Program-made: the position numbers and the translations under genes | Assembly: GCA_963788655.1 (NCBI GenBank) | Contig: CAWBHS010000100.1 | Coordinates: forward strand, 31,278 to 95,277 | Direction of reading: 5' to 3' | Source of the DNA: an uncultured Verrucomicrobiae bacterium | Lineage (GTDB): Bacteria; Verrucomicrobiota; Verrucomicrobiia; Limisphaerales; JAFGQR01 | Length of the DNA: 64,000 nt | In this document: in pieces, positions 9,865-19,542 of the stretch | Layout of the letters: each line of letters begins with the position of its first letter | Position numbering within the stretch: position 1 is the stretch's first letter | The notes under the pieces: generated by a model | Database searches by the model: none | Seen by the model: the letters and a program-made list of their open reading frames with translations, nothing else | What the model was told of the DNA's origin: nothing

Positions 9865-12800
9865 ATGGTGACTTTGCCCAAACACGTGAAACGCAATTGG
9901 CAACGCGGCTTCGCCGCCCTTTTGCTGGTGGGGGCGGCGACCGGGATGCGACTTGGGTTCTTGCAGGCGTTGGAAACGCGCGCTCCCTACCTGACATTAT
10001 ATCCGGCCGTAATCCTCGCCGCGCTCTATGGGGGCGCGTGGGGGGGATCCTGGCGACGGTGCTCTCGGCGTTGGCGGCTGGTTGCTTGTGGGTCGAGCCG
10101 GTCGGTCTGTTCAGCATCGGTGCATCGGCGGATTGGCTGGGGCTGGCCGTCTTCCTCGCCAACGGCTTGTTGCTCTCGCTGGTCGTCGAAGGGATGCATC
10201 GCACGCAGACCTGCGCCCGCCTGGCTGAGGCCGAGCTGCACTCCCCTGCCGATCGCCCACCGGCCGAAGGGATACGGGGCAATGCCGAGGAACGGTTTGC
10301 CCGGGAGAAACTAAAGGCCCGCTTTCCGGTCAAGGCCATGTTCGCCGCGGCGGTCATCATGCTTGCGGGCGTTGGCTGGATGATCTATCGGAATATGACC
10401 GCCACCGTCGAGGCCGACCACTGGGAAACTCATACTTACTTGGTGATTCAAGATCTCGATCGGCTGCTCGGTGGCTTGAACGAAGCGGAAGCTGCGGCTC
10501 ACGGGTACCGGCTCACGGGCGACGACCGAACTTTGGAAGCATATCATCAGGCCATCGGGGTGGTGGGGGAGATGTTGCCATTGCTCGAGCAAATGGTCGA
10601 AGACGATCCAGCTCAACATGAGCGCGTATTAGGGCTGGAAGGACCGATCCAGCGGAAGCTGGCGGAGTTGAACGTAGTGATCCAGATGCGGAAGACCAAC
10701 GATCCCACCGCCGCCCGAAACCTGGCCCTGGCCGCGCTGGATCCTGGGTTGATGGACGACCTGCGCCGGCAAGTGGCGAAGATCCAGGCGGAGGAAACGC
10801 AGTTGCTGGGACAGCGCGTCGGTGCGAAAAACACCGGTAACCGCCGGACCCTGCAAGCCTTGGTGGCGGGCGGTTTGCTCAGCGTCACCATCCTTGGCTT
10901 GGTATTCATGGTTCTGCGCCGGGAAAACACCCAGCGCCTCCGGGCCGAACGTGAATTGCGGCAGCACCGGGACCGCCTGGAGGAAGCCATCACTGCACGG
11001 ACGCAGGAACTGGCCCAGGCGAACCGGTTGCTCCAGACGGAGGTGGACGAACGTAAGCGTGGCGAAGCTGCCAAGTCCCGGTTAGCGGCCATTGTTGAAT
11101 CGACGGATGACGCCATCGTCTCCAAGGATCTGGATGGCACCATCCTGACTTGGAATGCCGGAGCGGAGCGGATGTTCGGCTGGCCCGCCGCGGAAATCCT
11201 CGGCCAACCAGTCACGCGCTTGATACCGCCGGAGTTGCTGGCGGAAGAGGAACAGATTCTCCAGCGATTGAAGCACGGGGAGCGCGTCCAACATTACGAA
11301 ACGGTGCGCGTGACCAGGGATGGGCGGCCATTGGAAGTATCGCTGACCATCTCGCCGTTGTGGGACCGCGAGGGGCAGTTGGTTGGGGCGTCGAAAATCA
11401 TTCGCGACATCGCCGCGCACAAACAAGCCGAAGCCGAACTGCACAAACTCAATCGGGCGCTAAGGGCGCGCAGCAAGAGCGATCAGGCCATGATGCGCGC
11501 TACCGAGGAACTGGCCTATTTGCAGGAGGTCTGTCGGATTATCGTCGAGGATTGCGGCCACGCCATGGTCTGGATCGGTTACGCGGAAGAAGACGAAGTC
11601 CGCACCGTTCGTCCCGTAGCGCAGGCGGGCTTCGAGGAAGGGTATCTCGAGACTCTGCGTATTTCCTGGGCGGACACGGACCGTGGGCGCGGCCCCACCG
11701 GCACCGCCATCCGTACCGGCCAACCTTGCGGGTGCCGCAACATGCTCACGGATCCGCTATTCGCGCCCTGGCGGGCCGAGGCGGAAAAACACGGATATGC
11801 TTCGTCGCTTGCCCTGCCGTTGCGCACCGGCGAAAAGACCATCGGCGTACTGACCATTTACTCGCGGCAGCCCGAGTCATTTACGGAAGCGGAGGAGAAA
11901 TTGCTGACCGAGTTGGCGGATGACTTGGCGCATGGCATCACCATCCTCCGGTTCCGCCGCGCCCACGCGCAGACTGAAACTGCGTTGCGGGAAAGTGAAG
12001 AACGCTTCCGCACGCTGGCCAACGCCATGCCGCAACTTGCCTGGATCGCCCGGTCGGATGGTCATATCTTCTGGTACAGATCAACGCTGGTACGAATACA
12101 CCGGCACCACGCTGGAACAGATGGAAGGTTGGGGCTGGCAGCAGGTTCATGATCCTGAGGCGCTGCCTCACGTCATCGAAGGATGGAAAACCAGCCTGGC
12201 CACCGGTGAACCCTTCGAGATGGAGTTTCCGCTGCGCGGGGCAGATGGCCGGTTCCGCCCGTTCTTGACCCGCGGCCATCCCTTAAAGGATGCGCAGGGA
12301 CGCGTCCTCCAGTGGCTCGGCACCAACACGGACATCAGTGAACGCATCGAAGCAGAGGAGCGTATTAAAAAGTTGAACGCCGAACTTGAGGAACGCGTGC
12401 AGGACCGGACCCGCGATTTGACCGCCGCCAACAAAGAACTCGAGGCCTTTTGTTACTCGGTTTCCCATGACCTGCGCGCGCCGTTGCGGACGATGGACGG
12501 TTTCAGTCAGGCGGTGTTGGAGGATTATGCCGAGCGTTTGGATGCCGAAGGCCAGGGTTACCTCCAACGCATCCGCCGGAGTTGCCAGCGCATGGGCCAA
12601 TTGATCGATGATTTACTCAACCTGTCCCGGCTGAGCCGGGCCGAACTGCACCGCCAAAGCATTGATCTCACCGCCCTGGCTCGGGAGGCCGCCCGGCAGT
12701 TGCAGCAAACGCAACCTGACCGGCACGTAACGTTCCGCATCGCCGACCACCTCACCGCGGAAGGCGACCTGAATTTGCTGCGCGCGGTGTTGTGGAACCT

Positions 12801-13155
12801 GCTCGAAAACGCTTGGAAGTTCACGGCCCGGCGGCCGGAGGCGGTGATCGAATTTGGCGTCCAGGATGGTCACGCCGCCAGTGCCGGGCAATCCGCCACG
12901 GGCACGGATTGCCCGGTGTTCTTCGTGCGGGACAACGGCGCCGGATTTGACATGGCCTACGCCGGGAAGCTGTTCCGGCCGTTCCAACGACTGCACAGGA
13001 CCAGCGAGTTTCCGGGGTCCGGCATCGGATTGGCCAATGTCCAACGCATCATTCACCGGCATGGTGGCCGGTTGTGGGCCGAAGGCGCGGTAGGTCACGG
13101 CGCGACGGTCTATTTCACGATTGAACCAACAAAGGAAGAAGCTCATGGATCCTGA
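9865..13155 (+). CDS. Membrane sensor histidine kinase (DUF4118-like TM, CHASE3, PAS, GAF, PAS, HisKA, HATPase); frameshifts near 10040 and 12078
   Basis: PYLTLYPAV TM block; HTYLVI...GYRLTGD (CHASE3); AIVESTDDAIVSKDLDG (PAS); GPTGTAIRTG (GAF); YSVSHDLRAPLR H-box; DNGAGFD and GSGIGLA G-boxes. Confidence 0.85.
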
Positions 13156-13600
13156 AAAAATCATTCTCTTGGTGGAAGACAACGCCGACGACGAGGAATT
13201 GACCTTGCGGGCGTTGCGCAAAAACCACGTCAAGAACAACGTGGTGGTGGCGCGCGACGGCGCCGAGGCGCTCGATTATCTCTTTGGCACCGGCGCCTAC
13301 ACGGGTCGCGATCCCACTGTGTTGCCGGAGGTGGTGCTGCTGGACGTCAAATTGCCGAAACTGGACGGACTGGAAGTGCTGCGCCGCATTCGGGAGGATC
13401 CGCGCACCCAATTTCTCCCGGTGGTCATGCTCACCTCCTCCACGACCGAGTCCGACTTGGTGGACAGCTACGCCCACGGCGCCAACAGTTACGTGCGCAA
13501 GCCGGTGGATTTTGTTCGGTTCATGGAATCAGTGCGGCAAGTGGGCTTGTATTGGCTGATGGTGAACGAGCCCGTGCCAAGCTTGAGGAACAAGTTGTGA
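13145..13600 (+). CDS. Single-domain response regulator (Rcp1-like)
   Basis: ILLVEDNADD, LLDVKLPKLDGLEVL, LTSS, ANSYVRKP. Confidence 0.9.
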   Translation: MDPEKIILLVEDNADDEELTLRALRKNHVKNNVVVARDGAEALDYLFGTGAYTGRDPTVLPEVVLLDVKLPKLDGLEVLRRIREDPRTQFLPVVMLTSSTTESDLVDSYAHGANSYVRKPVDFVRFMESVRQVGLYWLMVNEPVPSLRNKL

Positions 13601-15780
13601 AGCAACCGCTGCGCGTTTTGTTGGTCGAGGATTCGGAGGACGATGCCCTCCTGCTGGTGCGCCATCTGCGTCGCGCCGGCTATGCGCCGGTGTCGGAACG
13701 GGCCGCCACCCCCGCCGCGCTCACTGCGGCGCTGGCGAAAGGAGCTTGGGATTTGGTCATCAGTGACTACCGGATGCCGGAGTTCGACGGCCTCGCCGCG
13801 CTCAAGTTGGTGCAGGAACTCGGATCGGACGTGCCGTTCATTCTGGTATCGGGAGCGGTCGGCGAAGAAGTGGCGGTCGAAGCCATGAAAGCCGGGGCCC
13901 ATGATTACGTGCTGAAAGACAACCTGGCGCGGTTGAATTCCGCCGTCGAGCGGGAGTTGCGCGAGGCCGGGATTCGCCGTCAGCATCGGCAAGCGGAGCG
14001 GGAGATCCGGGATCGCGACGAGGAACTGACCACGATTTACGAGCACGCACCGTTGGTGTTGCTGCTGGTGGACCGCGAGTACCGCGTCCGCAAAACCAAC
14101 CGCTCCGCCGCCCACTTCGGCGGGGCGGAACCCGCCAGCCTCGTCGGGTTGCGCGCGGGCGAAGCCCTGCGATGCCAACATGTGCTCGATGATCCCCGGG
14201 GTTGCGGTTTCGGCCCCTCGTGCCGCGATTGTCCGGTACGCCGCGCGATTCATGAAACCCTCACCACCGGCCAGAGCCAGCAACAAGTGGAGGTCAATCT
14301 GGTGGTTTCGGACGGCAAGCGATCTCGGCAGGCCATCGGTTTGCTATCCACTGCCAAACTTATCATCCGCGGCGAAGAGTTGGTGCTGGTGACGATTCAA
14401 AATGTCACCCGGCTCAAGGAAACCGAGGCCGCCATGCGCCGAAGTGAAGCGGCGCTTCAGGAAGCGGTGGAACAACTCAACACGGCCAACGAGGAATTGC
14501 AGGCCGCCAACGAGGAACTCCAAACGGCGAATGAGCAGCTCCTGAGCACCAGCAGGGAACTCGAATCCGCCAATGAAGAACTTCGCCTCGTTAACGATAC
14601 GCTGGAACTGCGCGTTGAGGAACGGACGGTCGAATTGAACCGGCGGTTGCGGCAACTGCGCGCGCTGGCCGGGCGACTAACCCTCGCCGAGGAGCAGGAG
14701 CGCCGACGGCTGGCCCACGTCTTGCACGACGGTTTGCAACAACTGCTCGTTGGGGCGCGCTTTCATGTGGACGTCGTTTGCAGCGGGGTCGCGGATCCGA
14801 CGCTGGCCAAAGATCTCGAGAAAGTCATCGACCTGCTGACCGAATCGATCAAGGTTTCCCGCTCGCTCACGGCCGACCTTTGTCCAACGGTGCTCTCGCA
14901 GGAAGGATTGGCGGCGGCCTTCAAATGGCTGGGGGGCTGGTTCCGGGAACAGCAGGGTCTGAAAGTGGACGTGATCGTCCAGGCCGAAGCTGTCGTGCCG
15001 GCGGAGGAAATCCGTATTGCCCTGTTCCAATCCGTGCGTGAACTGCTGTTCAACGTCGTTAAACATGCCCGTGTCAAGACGGCCCGGGTGCGCTTGAGCC
15101 AGACTCCCGAAGGAATGATTTGCATTGAGGTGCGCGACCGGGGCGCCGGCTTCGACCCCGCGCAAGTTCGGGCGCGGGAGGGCACTGAAGGGGGCTTCGG
15201 CCTGTTCAGCTTGCGCGAGCGGCTGGAATCCTTCGCCGGCCGGTTGGAAGTGAACAGCGTGCCCGGCCGCGGCAGCCGTTTTACCATCATCGCGCCACTC
15301 TCGACTTCTCTGCCGGACAGCCACGCCACGACGGTCGCCCCGCCCGCTTCCCAAGCCCCAGCGTCTCCTGAGATACGCAAGATCCGCATCCTGGTGGCTG
15401 ACGATCATGCGGTGATCCGCGACGGATTGAAACGGGCCTTTCAGGACGAGCCGGACCTTGACGTGGTCGGCGAAGCCGCCGATGGGATCGAAGCAATCCA
15501 CGAAGCGCGGCGGTTGCGCCCGGACGTGGTGGTGATGGATGTTGCGATGCCGAAAATGGACGGCATCGAGGCCACCCGCCGGCTGATCGAAGAATTCCCG
15601 CAGGTGCGGGTGGTGGGGTTGTCCATGAGCACGGACGAGTCCCACCGCGCCGCCCTGCACGCCGCCGGCGCAGCGCAGTTTCTGGACAAGACCCATTCGG
15701 CCGCCAGCGTGGTGGCGGCCATCCGCAAATGTATCCGCGCGCCGCGCAAACGGAAACGCGCGAAAGCCGTAACGCGCTAG
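13597..15780 (+). CDS. Hybrid kinase: REC-PAS-coiled coil-HisKA_3-HATPase-REC (NarL-type receiver)
   Basis: LRVLLVEDSEDD; EEQERRRLAHVLHDGLQQLL; ELLFNVVKHA; DRGAGFD; GFGL; ILVADDHAVIR. GTG start overlaps the upstream stop. Confidence 0.85.
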   Translation: MKQPLRVLLVEDSEDDALLLVRHLRRAGYAPVSERAATPAALTAALAKGAWDLVISDYRMPEFDGLAALKLVQELGSDVPFILVSGAVGEEVAVEAMKAGAHDYVLKDNLARLNSAVERELREAGIRRQHRQAEREIRDRDEELTTIYEHAPLVLLLVDREYRVRKTNRSAAHFGGAEPASLVGLRAGEALRCQHVLDDPRGCGFGPSCRDCPVRRAIHETLTTGQSQQQVEVNLVVSDGKRSRQAIGLLSTAKLIIRGEELVLVTIQNVTRLKETEAAMRRSEAALQEAVEQLNTANEELQAANEELQTANEQLLSTSRELESANEELRLVNDTLELRVEERTVELNRRLRQLRALAGRLTLAEEQERRRLAHVLHDGLQQLLVGARFHVDVVCSGVADPTLAKDLEKVIDLLTESIKVSRSLTADLCPTVLSQEGLAAAFKWLGGWFREQQGLKVDVIVQAEAVVPAEEIRIALFQSVRELLFNVVKHARVKTARVRLSQTPEGMICIEVRDRGAGFDPAQVRAREGTEGGFGLFSLRERLESFAGRLEVNSVPGRGSRFTIIAPLSTSLPDSHATTVAPPASQAPASPEIRKIRILVADDHAVIRDGLKRAFQDEPDLDVVGEAADGIEAIHEARRLRPDVVVMDVAMPKMDGIEATRRLIEEFPQVRVVGLSMSTDESHRAALHAAGAAQFLDKTHSAASVVAAIRKCIRAPRKRKRAKAVTR

Positions 15781-16047
15781 CGCGAGTTTTCTTCTTCGAA
15801 AAACAGCCCGCATGGGCGGCGCCGACTTACACTATAGCGACAGTTCCCGCGAATCGCGGCAGGAGCGCGGCGTTTACGCCGCTTCACCGTCCTATCCCGC
15901 AAGCCGCTGGTTGGCCTTGGGTGCTTGAAGCGGCCTAAAGGCCGCGCGCCTATCGGTGAAAGTGTCGCGGTAGTGTTAATTGCATCCATGCAGGGTCAGC
16001 AACCTCCGGCAAAGCCAGGGGGTTCTCCACGGAGCCAATGACGACCT

Positions 16048-18117
16048 TCATGACGCCCCAGCCTGCGAAGGGGATTGCTCCGGAGTCGAACCAGTCTTCG
16101 CCTGCGCGGTGACTAAATCCATGACGGTCACAATCCCTTGCAGGTGTTGATCCGCATCGACCACGAGCAACTTGTTCGAGCCGCTGCGAATGAATTGCTT
16201 CATGGTGTCGCCCACGGAGACGTTGGCGCCGATGGTGGGCTGCGCTGCCAGACGCATTTGGTTCAAGGGCGTGTCGAGGCCGGTTTCGGGCCGCTTGAGG
16301 AATTCGTAAAAATCCTCCCGGACGACGGAGCCGACGACGCGCCCGTCACCGTCCACCACGGGATACGAACTGCGCGGATGACCTTGGGCGACCGCCAGCG
16401 CCTCGCGCACGGTGGTTGCCGGAGTGAAGGTGTGCAGGTGGCGCTCCATCAGCGCCGACACCGGTTGAGCGGCCCATTCCGCCGGGAGCTTGCGCCCCAC
16501 GGCTGCCACCATTTCGCGGGACTGAAACTTGTTTGCCGACTTCTGGAAGAACTGTCCCAGTGAGCCGGCGCCGCTGGCAATCTGCCGGAATACGCCGCCC
16601 GGAATGGACACCAGTTTCGACGGCTCGACGGCGCGCGCGTCATAATGCCAGATGCCGTCCTCCATCAGGGCTCGTTCGCCGAAGTGACCGCCCGCAGTAA
16701 CGCGTTGCATGATTTCTCCGTCCTCGCGCAGTTCCACGCAGCCCTGTTTGACGATGTAAAACGAAAAGGCGGGTTCACCGGTGTGGAAGAGCACGTCATC
16801 CTGTTCGAGGAAGATTTCCTTGATCTGTTTTGTGAAGCGCGGACTCAGGTGGTTGATGTCGCGCGGGAAAAACAAATCCAAGGTCCAGTCGAGCATCACC
16901 CGAACCTTGCGGTCGAACCGCGGTAGCTTGGCCAGATAAACACTGCGCCACAGCCACCAAGCCAGAAAGCCGGAGAAGTTGATCCCGAAAATGTTGGCCA
17001 CCGCCACGTGATGGCCGATGGAGGCCATCTCGCCCTGGCCACGAAACGTGAACGGCTGCGGCGGTTGGTCCCGCAGCAGCCGGGTCACGTTGTTGGCCAG
17101 ATGAACGCCCTGCCGCAAGGCGAATTGCGCGGTGCCGGGACAATAGCCGCCGGTGGCCAGGGGGAAGGCCGCGCAATCGCCGGCGGCCCACAACTTGGAC
17201 TGCCCTTTCACTTGGCCCGTTGGTTCGGTGAGAATGCGACCGTGCTCCGCTGCGAAGCCGTTCTGTTCGCAGAGCCGAACGATGAGCGGGTGGGGGGCGT
17301 TGCCGACAGTCGAGATGACCGTGTTGGTTTCGATGGGGGAACCATCCTCCAAATATACCCGATGAGCGGTGACGGCTTTGACCCGCTGGTTCAGCACCAG
17401 TTTGAGCCCGCGTTCCTGCAATTTCCGAGCGCTATATTCGCCCAGCTTGCGGCTCAGTGTCGGCAGCAAATGGTCACCACCGTGAACGAGATACACCTGC
17501 AAATCGTGGGCGCCAATCGACGGATAATAGACGTGAATTGAGCGGAACAAATCCAGGATGTGTCCCGCGGTTTCGACGCCGGAATAGCCGCCGCCCACCA
17601 CGACGAACGTCAGCAGGCGGCGTTTCAATTCGGGTTCCGGTTCGACGTTGGCTTCCTCAATGCGCGCCAAAATGGTTGCCCGCAGAAACATGGCGTCGCC
17701 GACGTTGCGCATGAGAAAGGAGTGCTCGGGCATGCCGGGAATGCGTTTCAAGTCCACCACCGCGCCCAACGCCAAAATGAGTTGGTCGTAACGCACGGTG
17801 AAGTTGCCGGTGAACGGGCCCGCATTCAGGATCAGGCAGCGGCCCGGCCAATCGATGGCTTCGATGTGGCCGCGGAAGACCCGGGTATTCCGGCACAATA
17901 GACGTAGCGGATTGACCACGTGCCGCGGCGAGATTGATGCCCCGGCCACTTCCGGCAACATCGGTTGGAAGACCATATAATTCTCCGCCGAGATCAGGCC
18001 GATTCGCGGTGGCGAGCTTCGGCCGAATTGGCGGCCCAGGGTTTTCGCACAATAGACGCCCGCAAATCCCCCGCCCAAAATCGCAAGGTCCAGATGGATG
18101 ACGTTGTTCTCGCTCAT
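16048..18117 (-). CDS. ndh: Type II NADH dehydrogenase-like flavoprotein fused to a cyclic-nucleotide-binding domain and a CBS pair
   Basis: GGGFAG and GGGYSGVE dinucleotide-binding motifs; AAGDCA..P.TAQFA; LFHTGEPAFSFYIVKQG...HFGERAL (cNMP); YPVVD..G.VVG and LLVVD..LQGIVT (CBS). Confidence 0.8.
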   Translation of the reverse strand: MSENNVIHLDLAILGGGFAGVYCAKTLGRQFGRSSPPRIGLISAENYMVFQPMLPEVAGASISPRHVVNPLRLLCRNTRVFRGHIEAIDWPGRCLILNAGPFTGNFTVRYDQLILALGAVVDLKRIPGMPEHSFLMRNVGDAMFLRATILARIEEANVEPEPELKRRLLTFVVVGGGYSGVETAGHILDLFRSIHVYYPSIGAHDLQVYLVHGGDHLLPTLSRKLGEYSARKLQERGLKLVLNQRVKAVTAHRVYLEDGSPIETNTVISTVGNAPHPLIVRLCEQNGFAAEHGRILTEPTGQVKGQSKLWAAGDCAAFPLATGGYCPGTAQFALRQGVHLANNVTRLLRDQPPQPFTFRGQGEMASIGHHVAVANIFGINFSGFLAWWLWRSVYLAKLPRFDRKVRVMLDWTLDLFFPRDINHLSPRFTKQIKEIFLEQDDVLFHTGEPAFSFYIVKQGCVELREDGEIMQRVTAGGHFGERALMEDGIWHYDARAVEPSKLVSIPGGVFRQIASGAGSLGQFFQKSANKFQSREMVAAVGRKLPAEWAAQPVSALMERHLHTFTPATTVREALAVAQGHPRSSYPVVDGDGRVVGSVVREDFYEFLKRPETGLDTPLNQMRLAAQPTIGANVSVGDTMKQFIRSGSNKLLVVDADQHLQGIVTVMDLVTAQAKTGSTPEQSPSQAGAS

Positions 18118-18432
18118 GAATCGTCGAATAGCCTTTGTGGTGTCGCTGTCGCCCGGCCGGGATCGCGGTTTTCCGCTGCCACGCGTTGCTTCGGTCCCCC
18201 GGCAGGGCGCTCCTTTACTTTACACCGATTCTGTAATTGCGAAATGTATCCGTCTTCGCGACCCGCAGGCCAGCCGTTCCGGGTGTCTCAAATGCACCCA
18301 AGACAGTCGCCGCTTTTGGCACGTTGCAATTGCATTTGAAGGAAAATTGCCAAGCTACGCGGGGGGTAAAGGCCTTTGCGTTCCGAATCCAGGAGCGACG
18401 CTGGGGATTACGACCGAAGGGTGCGCATCCCG

Positions 18433-18912
18433 TTACGCCACCCGCTTGCGGAACACCGGCTTGGCGTCGGCCAGATTGAGCATCGAAAGGTCGAGCCCTT
18501 CTTCGGGCGCTCGTTTCTTGGCTTTCTTGAGCTGCCGCGCGATCTGTTTACCGGCATCCAAGGCAAAGTATTTGACCGCTCCCACGCTGACGCGCGCGGG
18601 AAAGATGGTGGTCAGCAAGCAATATTCGTCCACGTTCATAATCAGCAGGCTGTTGGCTTCCCCCTGCTGATACATGCTGCTAAAATTCTTCTCACTGACC
18701 AGGTCAGCCAGGCTTTGGGTGGCGGCGAAGGAGCCGGCCGCCAGCGCCGCGAGGGTGGTGGTGTCAAAATCTCCCGTGCCGCATTCCGTGATCAAGAAAC
18801 CGCCCTTGTCAATGATGAGCGCCACGGTTGCCTCACTCTGCTCCAAGAGCTCCTGCAATGCCTCGGTGAAGGCTTGTACGTCTTCCTCGATCAGTTGGGG
18901 AAGCGTGGGCAT
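18433..18912 (-). CDS. mglB: Roadblock/LC7 protein, MglB-like (probable GAP)
   Basis: LIIDKGGFLI...TLAALAAGSFAATQSLA...FSSMYQQGE..SLLI; directly follows mglA. Confidence 0.85.
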   Translation of the reverse strand: MPTLPQLIEEDVQAFTEALQELLEQSEATVALIIDKGGFLITECGTGDFDTTTLAALAAGSFAATQSLADLVSEKNFSSMYQQGEANSLLIMNVDEYCLLTTIFPARVSVGAVKYFALDAGKQIARQLKKAKKRAPEEGLDLSMLNLADAKPVFRKRVA

Positions 18913-18913
18913 A

Positions 18914-19528
18914 TCACGCCGCTTTGCGGTTGCCGGCGTTGATGAATTTGTGGAGCAGCAGCCGGGTGATCATGTTCAGCGATTCGAAAACGCCTTCGCA
19001 TTTGTGGGCGCAGGCGGTGAACGAGGGAACCTGCTGCTCGCCGTTGTTCAACAGAAACTCGAGATACTCGACCGGCGCGACGTTGGGGAGGTCGCGCTTG
19101 TTGTACTGCACCACGTACGGGATGTCGGCCAGGTTTTGGTTCAAGGTCTTCATGTTCTCCCGGAGATTCCCGAAGCTCTTCACGTTTTCCTCCATCTTGT
19201 CGTACTGGGAGTCCGCCACGAATACCAGGCCATCGACGCCCCGCAGCACCAATTGGCGCGTGGTGTTGTAAATCACCTGGCCGGGCACGGTGTAAAGCTG
19301 GAATTTGGTTTTGAAGCCCTTGATGGCCATGGCTTCAATGGGCAGGAAATCAAAGAACAGCGTCCGGTCGGAATTGGTGGCCAGCGACACCAGCTTTCCT
19401 TTGCTGCCTTGCGCCGTTTGGACGTGTTCGTGGACCTGCACCAGGTTGGTGGTCTTTCCCCCGAGGGCGGGCCCGTAATACACGATTTTAACCTGAAGTT
19501 CCTTCGTTGCTTGGTTGATAATCGCCAT
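18914..19528 (-). CDS. mglA: MglA-family small GTPase
   Basis: KIVYYGPALGGKTTNL, DRTLFFDFLP, LYTVPGQ, VDGLVFVADS, QYNKRDL. Confidence 0.95.
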   Translation of the reverse strand: MAIINQATKELQVKIVYYGPALGGKTTNLVQVHEHVQTAQGSKGKLVSLATNSDRTLFFDFLPIEAMAIKGFKTKFQLYTVPGQVIYNTTRQLVLRGVDGLVFVADSQYDKMEENVKSFGNLRENMKTLNQNLADIPYVVQYNKRDLPNVAPVEYLEFLLNNGEQQVPSFTACAHKCEGVFESLNMITRLLLHKFINAGNRKAA

Positions 19529-19542
19529 AAGTCAATACAACA

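Noticed and set aside
18316..18336. Sigma-54 promoter TTGGCACG...TTGC
   Set aside because: GG-to-GC spacing is 12 rather than 10, and it points away from any plus-strand gene start.
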